DNA of 64,000 bases from Candidatus Azotimanducaceae bacterium (lineage in GTDB: Bacteria > Pseudomonadota > Gammaproteobacteria > Pseudomonadales > Azotimanducaceae). The translations under genes and the position numbers were made by a program. Positions 1-9,725 of the stretch are shown in pieces. Numbering within the stretch: position 1 is the first letter of the stretch; each line of letters opens with the position of its first letter. The stretch lies in assembly GCA_965199915.1 (NCBI GenBank), contig OZ241348.1, positions 4,622,414 to 4,686,413 of the forward strand. The letters run 5' to 3'. Under the pieces are notes generated by a model. That model did not search any database. It was not told the DNA's origin and saw only the letters and a program-made list of their open reading frames with translations.

Positions 1-1658
1 GTGCCGCCGGAGATCCGCGCCGCCAACTCGGTGCGCCGAAGGACGCGGCGCGCCGCCGCGTTGCGGGTGCTGCGGCTCTCCTCCTTCACATGGCCGTGGT
101 AGAGCAGCCGTCCGTCTTGGAAACCACCGGCGCGCACGCCCTCCACCAGCCAACCGCGCAGCTTCGGCTTCAAGGTGAGTGGCAGGTAGGCGCGCGCCAG
201 TGTTAGGTCCGCGTGGTCGAAGGCGAGATCCGCGCTCACGCGCGCCTCCAACGGATCCCTCGGCCGCGTCCAAGCGAAACCGCCGCTGGCCCGCGCTCCG
301 CCTTGCTCGCCCCAGAACTCGGTGCCGCGCATCCCCACGTAGCCGGGCGCGAACGCAAACGTCAACACGCCGCCGGCGCGCTCGAAGGGCGCTCGGTTGG
401 GAAAGAAGTTGGGGAACGCCAACGTCAGCTGTTCGCCATCAAGCCGCAGGCGCAGCGCGTGGCCGTGGCCGCCAAACACGAAGTTGACGTTGGCCAGCTT
501 GGGCACGCCCTTGTAGCCCGCCAGGCGGCCGTCCGTGCCGCGGCCGCGAAAAGCGAGACCGGCGCTGTCGGCGCGCAGGACGAAGCCGCGAACCTGGCCG
601 CCCGGCGCGAGGTGGCGCAACCACCGGCCGCTCGCGTGGTCGGCGCCGAGAAACGCCGCGACGGGAGACGCCAGGGCCGCGATGTCCAGCGTCGGCAACC
701 ACAGATCAAACGCCGGGCCGCCATCGTTGGTGGCAAAACGAAAGCCGCCGTCCAAGAACCGCGCCTTGGCGTCGCCACTTGCGAGCGCGATCTCGGGGAT
801 CCGTCCGCGGTAGCCGTCCGCCTCGCTCCACGCCGTCAGTTTGGTCGCCACGCGCGCCGGCTGGCCGCCAGTCGGCGAAGGCGCGTCCGCGGCGATTTCA
901 AGCGTTGCCTTGGCAGCGCCAGTCGCCTCCCGTCGCCAGTCTCCACGCACCGCGAACACGACCTGCTTGATGGCGTCGGGCGCGTGCGGCACGGTGGCGG
1001 GCGCACCGAGCATGGTCTCCAGTTCGCGGCCCAGGGAAAACCGCGTCGCCACCGCCTGCGCCGCGCCCGCGCCGCCTTCGTGGATTGTCCCGTCCACGGT
1101 CAACGCGCAATCAACGCAGTTCGGCTCGCTTTGGGCGCTGACGTGGAAGCGGTGTTCGCGGTCTTCGTTGATCAGCATCGCCTCGACATGCACGGCGGCC
1201 TCGCGCCCACCGTCTTGGGCCACTAGGCGTCCGCGCAGCCAGACTTCGTCACTGTGCAAGAGCAGCGCCATCGCATCGCCCGTGTTCGGCCCCTCGGACC
1301 CGCGCAGCCGCCAGCCGTCAACCGTCTTCTCGAACGCGAGGTGGCCATCCGCCACGGTGAGCCGCCGGGCGACGACGCGGTTGCGCACCAAGCTCTCCAC
1401 GAGGTCGAGTTCGAAGTCCAAGCCGAACGCCTCGCCGGCGGGAAAGCGCGCCCACTCCGCAAAGAAGCCCGCGTTGAGGCCGTGCCAACGGCCTTCAATG
1501 CCATGCACGACAACGCCCCGGGAAGCGAGCATCAGATTGACCACGCCCTCCAAGCGGGGAAGTTGCCAGCAGAGCAGCCGCCCCCCGAGTTGCATCGTGG
1601 CGAAACACACGGCAACGACGGTCGCCAGAACAGCCGCCGTGGTCGCCAGCTTTTTCAA
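1..1658 (-). CDS. yhdP: YhdP/AsmA-like large envelope protein, N-terminal part (gene continues beyond window start)
   Basis: Absent from the ORF track because it is open at the window edge. My own translation of the minus strand from TTG at 1658 gives LKKLATTAAVLATVVAVCFA (N-terminal TM helix) ... TLKPKLRGWLVEGVRAGGFQDGRLLYHGH, open down to position 1. It resembles the N-terminal/DUF3971 region of E. coli YhdP. Its position downstream of mreBCD-maf matches enterobacterial synteny. Confidence 0.6.
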   Translation of the reverse strand, partial: MKKLATTAAVLATVVAVCFATMQLGGRLLCWQLPRLEGVVNLMLASRGVVVHGIEGRWHGLNAGFFAEWARFPAGEAFGLDFELDLVESLVRNRVVARRLTVADGHLAFEKTVDGWRLRGSEGPNTGDAMALLLHSDEVWLRGRLVAQDGGREAAVHVEAMLINEDREHRFHVSAQSEPNCVDCALTVDGTIHEGGAGAAQAVATRFSLGRELETMLGAPATVPHAPDAIKQVVFAVRGDWRREATGAAKATLEIAADAPSPTGGQPARVATKLTAWSEADGYRGRIPEIALASGDAKARFLDGGFRFATNDGGPAFDLWLPTLDIAALASPVAAFLGADHASGRWLRHLAPGGQVRGFVLRADSAGLAFRGRGTDGRLAGYKGVPKLANVNFVFGGHGHALRLRLDGEQLTLAFPNFFPNRAPFERAGGVLTFAFAPGYVGMRGTEFWGEQGGARASGGFAWTRPRDPLEARVSADLAFDHADLTLARAYLPLTLKPKLRGWLVEGVRAGGFQDGRLLYHGHVKEESRSTRNAAARRVLRRTELAARISGG

Positions 1659-1670
1659 CGCGGACGCTCC

Positions 1671-2345
1671 CTAGCGAACGCGCGCAGACACGTTGGCGGC
1701 GGGCGCCCGCGCCGCCAAGACGCCGCGGTTCCGGCGCGTCGCCGCGGACCGTGTGGTTCGCCAGCGCCAAGTGTCGATGCCAAACCTTCTCAAGAGCATC
1801 TCGGTCTCGGCGAGCGGCAAGCCCACGACGGCGCTCGGACTGCCGCGGACGCAACGCACGAATACGCCGCCAATGCCTTGCAGCCCATATCCCCCGGCTT
1901 TGTCGCGCGGCTCGCCGCTCGCCCAGTACGCCGTCATTTCCCGTTCTTCAATGGCCCGCAGCGTGACCTCGGCGCGCACGACTTCGGCTTCGGTGCGGCG
2001 TCCCGCCCGCAACGCGACGGCGGTGAACACCGTGTGCGTGCGCCCGGACAGCGCTTTGGCCATGGTCTCGAAAGCGCGCCGATGCTTGGGTTTGCCGAAG
2101 ATGCGCAGCGTCTCGCCTTGGCCGACCGCCACGACGGTGTCCGCCGCCAAAACCGGCAGCGCGGATCGGATGGCCTTGGCCTTTGCAATGGCGACGCGGC
2201 GCGTCAACGCGGGCGGCGCCTCGTCCGGCAAGGGGGTCTCGTCAATGGCGGCTGGTTGCGCCACGAACGGCAGTCCGATTTGCCGCAGCAGCGCCGCGCG
2301 GCGAGGGGAAGTGGACGCCAGCACGATGGCGGGGGACGCGCTCAC
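1671..2345 (-). CDS. maf: Maf-like nucleoside triphosphate pyrophosphatase (septum formation inhibitor family)
   Basis: Sequence IVLASTSPRRAALLRQIGLPF ... DKAGGYGLQGIGG is typical of Maf. GTG at 2345 overlaps the mreD stop (GTGA). The 398-aa track ORF (to 2867) is an upstream read-through across mreD. Confidence 0.85.
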   Translation of the reverse strand: MSASPAIVLASTSPRRAALLRQIGLPFVAQPAAIDETPLPDEAPPALTRRVAIAKAKAIRSALPVLAADTVVAVGQGETLRIFGKPKHRRAFETMAKALSGRTHTVFTAVALRAGRRTEAEVVRAEVTLRAIEEREMTAYWASGEPRDKAGGYGLQGIGGVFVRCVRGSPSAVVGLPLAETEMLLRRFGIDTWRWRTTRSAATRRNRGVLAARAPAANVSARVR

Positions 2346-2830
2346 GGGCGCACCAGCCGCCTCGCCACTGGCTGCATCACTAGACGCAACGGCGGATACG
2401 CCAGCGCGGCACCGACGCCGGCCAATGGCGCCGTCCAAAGAAAATCCCCGCCCACAACCAACTGCACGGCACTTTGCAACAAAGCCAGCGCCGCGCTGGC
2501 GACGGCCAACACCGCGGTCTGTTGCGTCAGGGTGTACATCGCCAAGCGCGGTTGGAAACGCATCGCCAAGTAGGTGATGGTGGCGAAACCAACACCGTGC
2601 AGCCCAAGCGGTTCGCCGAGCAGGACATCGAAGAAGAAACCCGCCAGCCACGCCGACACCACGCCGGTGCGTCCCGGCGCCGCCACCGTCCAATAGAAGA
2701 AGAAAACGACTCCCCAGTCCGGGCGCAGCCAACCAAGCCAGTCGGGCACCTCCGGCAGTCGAACAACCGCGAGCAGCATGGCGACGACAACCGACAGGCC
2801 AATCAACCACCCGCCTCTCCTTGGATTCAA
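2342..2830 (-). CDS. mreD: rod shape-determining protein MreD
   Basis: 162-aa polytopic membrane protein directly after mreC, overlapping it by 4 nt. mreBCD synteny. Confidence 0.85.
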   Translation of the reverse strand: MNPRRGGWLIGLSVVVAMLLAVVRLPEVPDWLGWLRPDWGVVFFFYWTVAAPGRTGVVSAWLAGFFFDVLLGEPLGLHGVGFATITYLAMRFQPRLAMYTLTQQTAVLAVASAALALLQSAVQLVVGGDFLWTAPLAGVGAALAYPPLRLVMQPVARRLVRP

Positions 2831-3645
2831 TTGGCATGTTCCCGGTCATGGGAGACGGCTTGGCCAAGCCCTTCCGATTGTGCCGTCAACACCACAAGCA
2901 CTTGCCGCGACCGGTCGAGAGCGGCGGTCGGACGCACCGTGGCGTTTGCGAACAACTCGCCGGGGTCGTACACCACCTCGGTCACTTCGCCCACCGGATA
3001 GCCGGGCGGAAACCGACCGCCGAGGCCGGAAGTCACCAAGCGGTCGCCTTGGCGAACATCGAGCGTGGAGGGGATGTCCTTGAGCACCAAGCCGTCGTCG
3101 CCGTCGCCGGCCGCGATGGCGCGCACGTCGTTGCGCAACACGCGCACCGGCACGGAGTGGCTGGAATCCGTGATCAACAACACCCGGCTCGTGAGCGCCG
3201 ACGTCTCCACGACTTGCCCAAGCAAGCCCGCGGAGTCCGTCACCGCGTGGCCGATGCGAACATCGCGCAGATGTCCCTTGTCGATGGTGATGCCGATCGG
3301 GTTCTCGGACACGCCAACGAGTTCCGCGACCAGCATGTCCTCTCGCGCCCGCTCGCGGGACTCGTACAGTTCGCGCAAACGGGCGTTCTCCCGCAACACC
3401 GCGTCGTGGCGGGCCAGCAAGCCGCGCAGTTCCAGCAATTCGCGGCGCAACGCCAAGTTCTCGCGCCGAACCTCGGCGTGGCCGGCGAACATCCGCACGA
3501 CGAATCCGCCAACCGTGTACGGCAGCTGTGCGCCGAAATGCAGCGGGCTGGCGATCGTCCAAAGGACGGATCGAGTGCGGTCGAGCAGCGAGCTGTTGGT
3601 GTCCACCAGCATGGTCAGGCACGAGGCGAGCAACACCGCCGTCAA
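2827..3645 (-). CDS. mreC: rod shape-determining protein MreC
   Basis: Coiled-coil region (ENLALRRELLELRGLLARHDAVLRENARLRELY) plus a beta-rich C-terminal domain (GDRLVTSGLGGRFPPGYPVGEV). The track start is TTG 3645. The conserved N-terminal PLF motif lies upstream of it, so the true start may be non-canonical (CTG 3678 or ATC 3687). Confidence 0.85.
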   Translation of the reverse strand: MTAVLLASCLTMLVDTNSSLLDRTRSVLWTIASPLHFGAQLPYTVGGFVVRMFAGHAEVRRENLALRRELLELRGLLARHDAVLRENARLRELYESRERAREDMLVAELVGVSENPIGITIDKGHLRDVRIGHAVTDSAGLLGQVVETSALTSRVLLITDSSHSVPVRVLRNDVRAIAAGDGDDGLVLKDIPSTLDVRQGDRLVTSGLGGRFPPGYPVGEVTEVVYDPGELFANATVRPTAALDRSRQVLVVLTAQSEGLGQAVSHDREHAN

Positions 3646-3750
3646 TAGACGCCCGGCGGCGGTCGCGGAGGCGAACAGCGGGTTGATGGCCTACCCTGCG
3701 GTTGGTCGAGCAGACATCGGCTGGTGGCCCGCGCTCGGCGTCACGTCAGG

Positions 3751-4788
3751 TCACTCCGTCCAGAGAATGTCCAAATAGGAGTCGAACGCATCGAGCACCT
3801 TGCCGCCGCCGCGCGCCACGCAGGTGAGGGGATCTTCGGCGACGATCACCGGCAAGCCGGTCTCTTCCGCGAGCAGCACGTCCAGATCCTTCAACAGCGC
3901 GCCACCGCCGGTGAGCACCATGCCGGTTTCGGCGATGTCGGCGGAAAGTTCCGGCGGCGTGGCCTCCAGCGCGTTCTTGACGGATTGCACGATCATCGTG
4001 AGCGGGTCGCTGAGCGCTTCCAAAATGTCGTTGCTGGTCAAGGTGAAGGTTCGCGGCACGCCGAGTTGAAGATTGTGTCCGCGCACCTTCAACTCGTTGG
4101 GTTCTTTTTGCTTGTAGGCGGCGCCGATCTCCTGCTTGATGCGCTCGGCGATGGCTTCGCCGATCAACGTGCCTTGGGTGCGGCGCACGAAGTTGACGAT
4201 GGACTCGTCGAATCGATCCCCGCCGACGCGCACGGTGTCCGCGTACACAACGCCGCTCAAAGACAGCACGGCGACCTCGGTGGTGCCGCCGCCGATGTCC
4301 ACCACGAGCGTCCCGACCGCTTCGTGGACCGGCAGGCCGGCGCCGAGCGCGGCCGCCATCGGCTCTTCGATCAAACGCACGTCGCGAGCGCCGCACTCCT
4401 GGGCGCTTTGCAGTATCGCCTTTCGCTCCACGGCGGTGGAACGGCACGGCACGCTGACGATGACCAGCGGGCTCGGCCGCAACAACGTGTTCTCGTGTAC
4501 TTTGCCGATGAAGTGCTGGAGCATCTGCTTGGTGACGTCGAACTCGGCGATCACGCCGTCCTTCAACGGCCGGATGGCGCTGATGTTGGCGGGAGTGCGG
4601 CCGAGCATGCGTTTCGCCTCCAAGCCCACCGCGATGACGCGGTGGTTTTGCCCTTTCTGGACGCGGTAGGCGACGACGGACGGTTCGTTGAGGATTATGC
4701 CTTGCCGCTGCGCGTATACGAGGGTGTTCGCCGTGCCCAAGTCAATGGACAGGTCCCGCGAGAACACTCCGCGAAATTGCTTGAACAT
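3751..4788 (-). CDS. mreB: rod shape-determining actin homologue MreB
   Basis: 345 aa from ATG 4788: [25 protein letters not shown] ... [11 protein letters not shown] ... LTGGGALL. The upstream part of the 521-aa track ORF is not MreB-like. Confidence 0.97.
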   Translation of the reverse strand: MFKQFRGVFSRDLSIDLGTANTLVYAQRQGIILNEPSVVAYRVQKGQNHRVIAVGLEAKRMLGRTPANISAIRPLKDGVIAEFDVTKQMLQHFIGKVHENTLLRPSPLVIVSVPCRSTAVERKAILQSAQECGARDVRLIEEPMAAALGAGLPVHEAVGTLVVDIGGGTTEVAVLSLSGVVYADTVRVGGDRFDESIVNFVRRTQGTLIGEAIAERIKQEIGAAYKQKEPNELKVRGHNLQLGVPRTFTLTSNDILEALSDPLTMIVQSVKNALEATPPELSADIAETGMVLTGGGALLKDLDVLLAEETGLPVIVAEDPLTCVARGGGKVLDAFDSYLDILWTE

Positions 4789-5103
4789 GGCAGCTTTGGG
4801 GCGCGCAACGTATTGGCAGACTCTATCACACGTTGGGCGCCGCCGTGCCGCGCGCGAGCGGGATTGGTTCGACCACGCTCGAAATCCCTTCCGCGGTGGC
4901 GCCGTCCTTTCGCCGTGGTCTAGGATCACCCGCGGCGAACCGGCACTGCCGGCTTGTTCCCGCACACTGTTTCTTGGAGCGAACTCTAGGTGGAAGACTG
5001 CGAATCCGCTAGCGCGGCGCCGGGGGCGGACACGAGCGTTTCGGCTGGCCAAGCGGACGCGGCCGGGCGCCGCCGTGCCGCCCCGCCACTCGCCCCCGGC
5101 GCG

Positions 5104-5370
5104 ATGGACAAGCTCATGCGCCTCGCCGCGCTCACCTTGGAGGCGGAAGAACAGCGCAAGTTGGAGCGGGATCTCGGCATGATCATCGAGCTGATCGACA
5201 TCATGCGCGCGGTGGACACCACCGGCGTGGCGCCGCTCGCGCATCCTCTGGAAGTCGAGCAGCCGCTGCGCGTGGACGAGGTCACCGAAAAGCCGAATCG
5301 GACGCGCTTTCAACACGCCGCGCCGGCCGTGCGGGACGGGCTCTATCTTGTGCCGCGCGTGGTGGAGTGA
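5104..5370 (+). CDS. gatC: Asp/Glu-tRNA amidotransferase subunit C
   Basis: [18 protein letters not shown] ... APLAHPLE ... LRVDEV pattern of GatC. It overlaps the gatA start by 4 nt. Start is uncertain: ATG 5104 is chosen, and the track ORF opens at 4990. Confidence 0.8.
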   Translation: MDKLMRLAALTLEAEEQRKLERDLGMIIELIDIMRAVDTTGVAPLAHPLEVEQPLRVDEVTEKPNRTRFQHAAPAVRDGLYLVPRVVE

Positions 5371-6830
5371 GGCGAATGCCCACGAACGGCCGCGCCACCC
5401 TGGTGGAACTGCGCGACGCTTTGGCGAGCAAGGCCATGAGCGCGGCGGAGCTCGCCGGCGAGCACCTGCGGCGCATCGCCGCCGACGCCAGCGGCAGCTT
5501 CATCACCGTCTGCGAGGAGATTGCGCTCGCCCAAGCGAAACAAGCGGACGCCACCATCGCCCGGCATGGCCACAGCGGCTTGCTCGGCTTGCCAATTGCA
5601 CACAAGGACATTTTCTGCACCGCCGGCGTGTACACCACCTGCGCCTCCAAGATGCTCGTGGATTTCGTTCCGCCCTACGACGCCACGGTGGTCGCCAAGT
5701 TGAAGACGGCCGGCGCCGTGCTCCTTGGCAAGACGAACATGGACGAGTTCGCGATGGGGTCGTCCACGCAAACCAGCCACTTCGGCGCGACGCGCAATCC
5801 CTGGGACCGGGCGCGGGCGCCCGGCGGCTCGTCCGGCGGTTCGGCCGCCGCCGTGGCCGCCGGCCTCGCGCCGGCGGCCACCGGCACGGACACCGGCGGC
5901 TCCATCCGTCAACCGGCGGCGCTGTGCGGCATCAGCGGGCTCAAACCCACCTACGGGCGGGTGTCGCGCTACGGCATGATCGCGTTTGCGTCCAGCTTGG
6001 ACCAAGGCGGCCCCATGGCGCGCTCCGCCGCGGATCTGCGCCTCCTGCTCGCGCACATGGAAGGCCACGACGAGCGCGACTCCACGAGCGCCCGGGCAGA
6101 CGGCACCGGCGTTGCCAGCGCGGACGCGCGGCTCACCATCGGCGTGCCCCGCGAATACTGGGAAGACACCGAACAAGGTCTCGATGCCGGCATGGCGGCC
6201 GCGCTCGAGGAGGCCGCGGTGGCGTTTGAGCGGCTAGGGCACGCGCGGCGCGCGATCTCGCTGCCGCACACGCGGTTCGCGGTGCCGACCTACTACGTGG
6301 TCGCCAGCGCCGAGGCGTCCACCAACTTGGCGCGTTACGACGGCGTGCGCTACGGGCACCGGGCGGACGGCGCGCAAAGCCTTGAAGAACTCTACTGCCG
6401 ATCGCGCAGCGAGGGCTTTGGCGCGGAAGTGAAACGGCGCATTCTCACGGGCACCTACGCGCTCTCCGTGGGCTACTACGACGCCTACTACCGGAAGGCC
6501 CAGCGCGTGCGCCGACTCATCCGCCAAGACTTCCTGGACGCCTTTCGAGAAGTGGACGCCATTCTCGCGCCGGCCACGCCGTCGGTGGCGTTTCCTTTGC
6601 AGGGGCAAAGTGGCGCTCAGGATCCAACGGCCATCTATCGCCAAGATGCGTTCACCGCGCCGGCCAGCTTGGCCGGCTTGCCGGCGCTGAGCGTGCCTTG
6701 CGGACTCACCGCGCATCCGCTGCCGATCGGCATGCAGCTGATCGGCCCGCATTTCTGCGAAGATCGGTTGTTGGCGCTCGGCGAAGCGTTCCAGCGCGAG
6801 ACCGATTGGCACTTGCGCCGGCCGCCTTGA
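5367..6830 (+). CDS. gatA: Asp/Glu-tRNA amidotransferase subunit A
   Basis: 487 aa with the amidase signature ([26 protein letters not shown]). gatCAB order. Confidence 0.97.
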   Translation: MRRMPTNGRATLVELRDALASKAMSAAELAGEHLRRIAADASGSFITVCEEIALAQAKQADATIARHGHSGLLGLPIAHKDIFCTAGVYTTCASKMLVDFVPPYDATVVAKLKTAGAVLLGKTNMDEFAMGSSTQTSHFGATRNPWDRARAPGGSSGGSAAAVAAGLAPAATGTDTGGSIRQPAALCGISGLKPTYGRVSRYGMIAFASSLDQGGPMARSAADLRLLLAHMEGHDERDSTSARADGTGVASADARLTIGVPREYWEDTEQGLDAGMAAALEEAAVAFERLGHARRAISLPHTRFAVPTYYVVASAEASTNLARYDGVRYGHRADGAQSLEELYCRSRSEGFGAEVKRRILTGTYALSVGYYDAYYRKAQRVRRLIRQDFLDAFREVDAILAPATPSVAFPLQGQSGAQDPTAIYRQDAFTAPASLAGLPALSVPCGLTAHPLPIGMQLIGPHFCEDRLLALGEAFQRETDWHLRRPP

Positions 6831-6896
6831 GGCGGCGCGCTCAAAGGGACAGCGACGGTCGCGACCGCGGGCGGTTGGCGACAAACGGAGAACTCC

Positions 6897-8336
6897 ATGA
6901 GCTGGGAAAGCGTGATCGGCTTGGAAGTGCATGTGCAGCTGTACACGCGCTCCAAACTGTTCTCCGGCGCCGCCACGGCGTTCGGTGCAGCCCCGAACAC
7001 GCAGGCGTGCGCGGTGGATCTGGCGTTGCCGGGCGTGTTGCCGACGCTGAACGCCGAGGCGGTGCGCATGGCGGTGCTGTTCGGCGTGGCCGTGGGCGGG
7101 CAGGTTGCCAAGCGCTGCCGCTTCGACCGCAAAAACTACTTCTACCCGGACTTGCCCAAGGGCTACCAGATCAGCCAACTGCGAGAGCCCATCGTGCGCG
7201 GCGGCCAACTGGAAATCGACGGCGCGGACGGCCCGCGCCGCATCGCGCTCACCCGCGCCCACTTGGAGGAGGACGCCGGCAAGTCGCTGCACGAGGACTA
7301 CGCCGGCCACACGGGCATCGACCTCAACCGCGCCGGAGTGCCGCTCTTGGAGGTTGTCAGCGAACCGGAATTGCGCGCGCCCGCGGAGGCGGCGACCTAC
7401 TTTCGCGCCTTGCACACGCTGGTGCGCCATCTCGGCATCTCGGACGGCAACCTGCAGGAAGGTTCGCTGCGTTGCGACGCCAACGTTTCGGTGCGGCGGC
7501 CCGGCGCGGCACTCGGCGAGCGCACGGAGATCAAGAACCTGAACTCCTTTCGCTTCTTGGAGAAGGCGCTGCGCCACGAGATCCGCCGGCAGATCGACCT
7601 GCTCGAATCCGGCGGCGCGGTGCGGCGGCAAACGCTGCTTTACGACGCCGAACGCGACGAGACGCGGCCCATGCGCGGCAAGGAGCTCTCGGACGACTAC
7701 CGCTATTTCCCCGATCCGGACTTGCTGCCGGTGGCCGTCACCGCGGAAATGCTGGAAGACGCAAAGGCGAAACTGCCGGAGCTGCCAACAGCCAAGCGGC
7801 GGCGCTACGTTGCCGAATATCGTTTGGCCGATGACGACGCGGCGCGGCTAGTCGCCGATCCGGACACCGCGGCGTATTTCGAGGCCGTGGCGCGGGCGTG
7901 CGGCAACCCGAAGGCGGCCGCGAACTGGACGATGGGCGAGGTCGCAGCCGCGCAGCGCCAAGACGGTGTGGCCGCCGCGGACATTCCGATCGCGCCGCCG
8001 GTGCTGGCGCGCCTCATCGACCGCCTGGCCGATCAGACGATCTCCGGCAATTCCGCCAAGACGTTGTTCGAGGGGTTGTGGCGCAGCGGCAGCGACCGCG
8101 CGGACGAGGTGGACCGCCGCATTCGCGGCGAAGGGCTCGAACAGCTAAGCGACGGCGGCGCGCTCGACGCCCTGGTGCGCGAGGTGCTCGTCGCCAACCC
8201 CGCGCAGGTGGAGCAATACCGCGCCGGCCGCGAAAAGCTGCTCGGCTACTTCGTCGGCCAAGTGATGAAAGCGAGCCAAGGCAAGGCCAACCCGCGCCAA
8301 GTACACGCGCTCTTGCGCGAGGCGCTTTCTGGCTGA
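6897..8336 (+). CDS. gatB: Asp/Glu-tRNA amidotransferase subunit B
   Basis: 479 aa. MSWESVIGLEVHVQL ... RCDANVSVR ... EIKNLNSFR are typical GatB motifs. Confidence 0.97.
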   Translation: MSWESVIGLEVHVQLYTRSKLFSGAATAFGAAPNTQACAVDLALPGVLPTLNAEAVRMAVLFGVAVGGQVAKRCRFDRKNYFYPDLPKGYQISQLREPIVRGGQLEIDGADGPRRIALTRAHLEEDAGKSLHEDYAGHTGIDLNRAGVPLLEVVSEPELRAPAEAATYFRALHTLVRHLGISDGNLQEGSLRCDANVSVRRPGAALGERTEIKNLNSFRFLEKALRHEIRRQIDLLESGGAVRRQTLLYDAERDETRPMRGKELSDDYRYFPDPDLLPVAVTAEMLEDAKAKLPELPTAKRRRYVAEYRLADDDAARLVADPDTAAYFEAVARACGNPKAAANWTMGEVAAAQRQDGVAAADIPIAPPVLARLIDRLADQTISGNSAKTLFEGLWRSGSDRADEVDRRIRGEGLEQLSDGGALDALVREVLVANPAQVEQYRAGREKLLGYFVGQVMKASQGKANPRQVHALLREALSG

Positions 8337-8370
8337 CTCGAGCGGGCGCCGGGCAAATCCGAGGACATCC

Positions 8371-8425
8371 ATTGCCACGAAAGTCGCCACCGCCGAATCC
8401 CTTGCCGCCCTCGCGGCCGGCACCG
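8371..8425 (+). repeat. about 55-nt imperfect copy of the 5' coding region of brxF (partner at 10521..10577)
   Basis: attgccacgaaagtcgccaccgccgaatcccttgccgccctcgcggccggcaccg versus attgccacgaaaaccaccacccgccgaatcccttgccgccatcgcggccggcatccg. Aligned by eye: a few substitutions and a 1-nt indel. Confidence 0.75.
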
Positions 8426-8427
8426 CG

Positions 8428-8480
8428 GAGTCGTGGCTGCGGACGTTTCTGGCGCTGGAGAACGGGATTCCGAGCCACGA
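8428..8480 (+). mobile_element. short relic resembling the N-terminal (DDE_Tnp_1_assoc) region of ISAs1-family transposases
   Basis: In-frame translation ESWLRTFLALENGIPSHEA resembles the conserved W/FL..F..L.NGIPxHDT segment of ISAs1/H-repeat transposases (E. coli YhhI has FENGIPVHDT). No remaining transposase body follows. Confidence 0.3.
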
Positions 8481-8509
8481 GGCTTCAACGCCAACCGCAT
8501 TTCCTCACG

Positions 8510-8935
8510 TCACCGACTTGTGAAGGTCTTGATCACCCGACCAACCGTGGTGATCACCCCGAAGCCAGCAATACCGACCAAGCCGTAGCCACCCACTGCC
8601 TGCGCTAGTGCGCGTTGGGCATCGTTGCCAAAGAAGGCGAAGCCCAGTATCGCAATTGTCAAGACACCGAAGAATCCAGAAAACACCCACACCACACGAC
8701 GCAGGAACGCTTGGCGATCAGCTAGCTGCCGCAAGTTCGCGTCCCGGGTTGCGGTCGCAAAATCGAACTGGCGCTTATCTTGAGCGTCGACCAATTCCAG
8801 TGCCTTTTCCATCACCTGCGACCGTCGGTTGTCGCGCTCGATGCGCGCCCGCTCAGTGTCGATTAGCTCGCGAATGGTCGGCAGCTGGCGAGTGGACTCC
8901 GCGCCGTCGTTGGGGGTTGATTCGCCAGTCGGCAC
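8510..8935 (-). CDS. hypothetical membrane protein (N-terminal charged helical region, two C-terminal TM helices)
   Basis: 141-aa ORF. VVWVFSGFFGVLTIAILGFAFF and GGYGLVGIAGFGVITTV are hydrophobic helices. GTG start sits immediately after the stop of the upstream small gene. Locally more A/T-rich than the flanks. Confidence 0.55.
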   Translation of the reverse strand: MPTGESTPNDGAESTRQLPTIRELIDTERARIERDNRRSQVMEKALELVDAQDKRQFDFATATRDANLRQLADRQAFLRRVVWVFSGFFGVLTIAILGFAFFGNDAQRALAQAVGGYGLVGIAGFGVITTVGRVIKTFTSR

Positions 8936-9175
8936 TTACGGCTCTGCGTAGGCAGACTGGCCATGTGCTACGGTCACATGTCGTAGCTCCGGCTCAGCGA
9001 GCAAGTCCAATGGCCAAGAGCGAATGACGTACCCCCCGTAAGGGGATCTCACCACTCTGGTCACCATGCCGTCGCTCCCGTCTTGACCGCGTCGGGCGGC
9101 TTCTTGACGCGCTTCCTGATAGGTCGCGAAGACCGGGGATTCGGGAATCGCATCGGCCTTGCCGTGTTCCAGCAT
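8936..9175 (-). CDS. hypothetical small soluble protein (about 79 aa)
   Basis: ORF with an internal ATG at 9175 (MLEHGKADAIPESPVFATYQEARQEAARRG...). No spacer before the downstream membrane-protein gene. No family recognised. Confidence 0.45.
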   Translation of the reverse strand: MLEHGKADAIPESPVFATYQEARQEAARRGQDGSDGMVTRVVRSPYGGYVIRSWPLDLLAEPELRHVTVAHGQSAYAEP

Positions 9176-9553
9176 GTCTTCTCCTTCAATGCGCACCCTA
9201 GGCGGGCGGGGGCATGTTCGACGCTGCTCGTAGTTGCTACGACCACGCCAAACATCCTCATGCAATGAAACCCCCATCCGTTCTTGCCTGTCAAGTGTTT
9301 GTTTAATCTCAGGTTGGGCTCGTGGATGCGTTGCGGCGGCTGATCGATCCGGCGACGCGGTGGAACCGTCAGGGCCGCGGCTGTGGGCGGCGCTGAGCCC
9401 GGCGCGGCTGTCGGAGGCGCTGGTGAAGGAGTGGGCCGGAGGCCGTTCGCCTCACAAGGTAGTAGGGTCGCGCCGTGCGAACCGGCGGACGCCCGCCGCT
9501 GGTTCCCCGTGCCGGCCAAAGGAGGACCGAGTGAACGATCGCAAGCGCCACGC

Positions 9554-9615
9554 GGCGAGATCGCCGCGCAGCACCAAGACGGTGTGGCCACCGCGGACAT
9601 TCCGATTGCGCCGCC
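9554..9615 (+). repeat. degenerate 62-nt copy of an internal gatB segment (partner 7935..7999)
   Basis: ggcgagatcgccgcgcagcaccaagacggtgtggccaccgcggacattccgattgcgccgcc versus gatB ggcgaggtcgcagccgcgcagcgccaagacggtgtggccgccgcggacattccgatcgcgccgcc. Four substitutions and one 3-nt gap by eye. Encodes EIAAQHQDGVATADIPIAPP versus gatB EVAAAQRQDGVAAADIPIAPP. Confidence 0.8.
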
Positions 9616-9725
9616 TTGGCTGGACATTGACGGTCAGGTGCGACAAGCATAGGGTTTGACCAACTTGGTCGTAGAGGCGATGGGGCGTGGCAAACCGCAT
9701 GCAACAGGAGCCTTCCCGCGCATCG

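Noticed and set aside
213-2573. Plus-strand ORFs 213..1226, 841..1674 and 1254..2573.
   Set aside because: They lie opposite the yhdP-like and maf/mreD genes. The translations are Arg/Ala/Ser-rich without motifs. The minus-strand frames give coherent YhdP, Maf and MreD sequences.
9280-9553. Search for a tRNA gene, integrase fragment or att site that could explain the island next to gatB.
   Set aside because: I found no cloverleaf-compatible sequence or integrase-like translation by eye. Only the gatB-derived repeat at 9554..9615 is convincing. tRNAscan/ARAGORN and BLASTX would be needed to exclude small relics.
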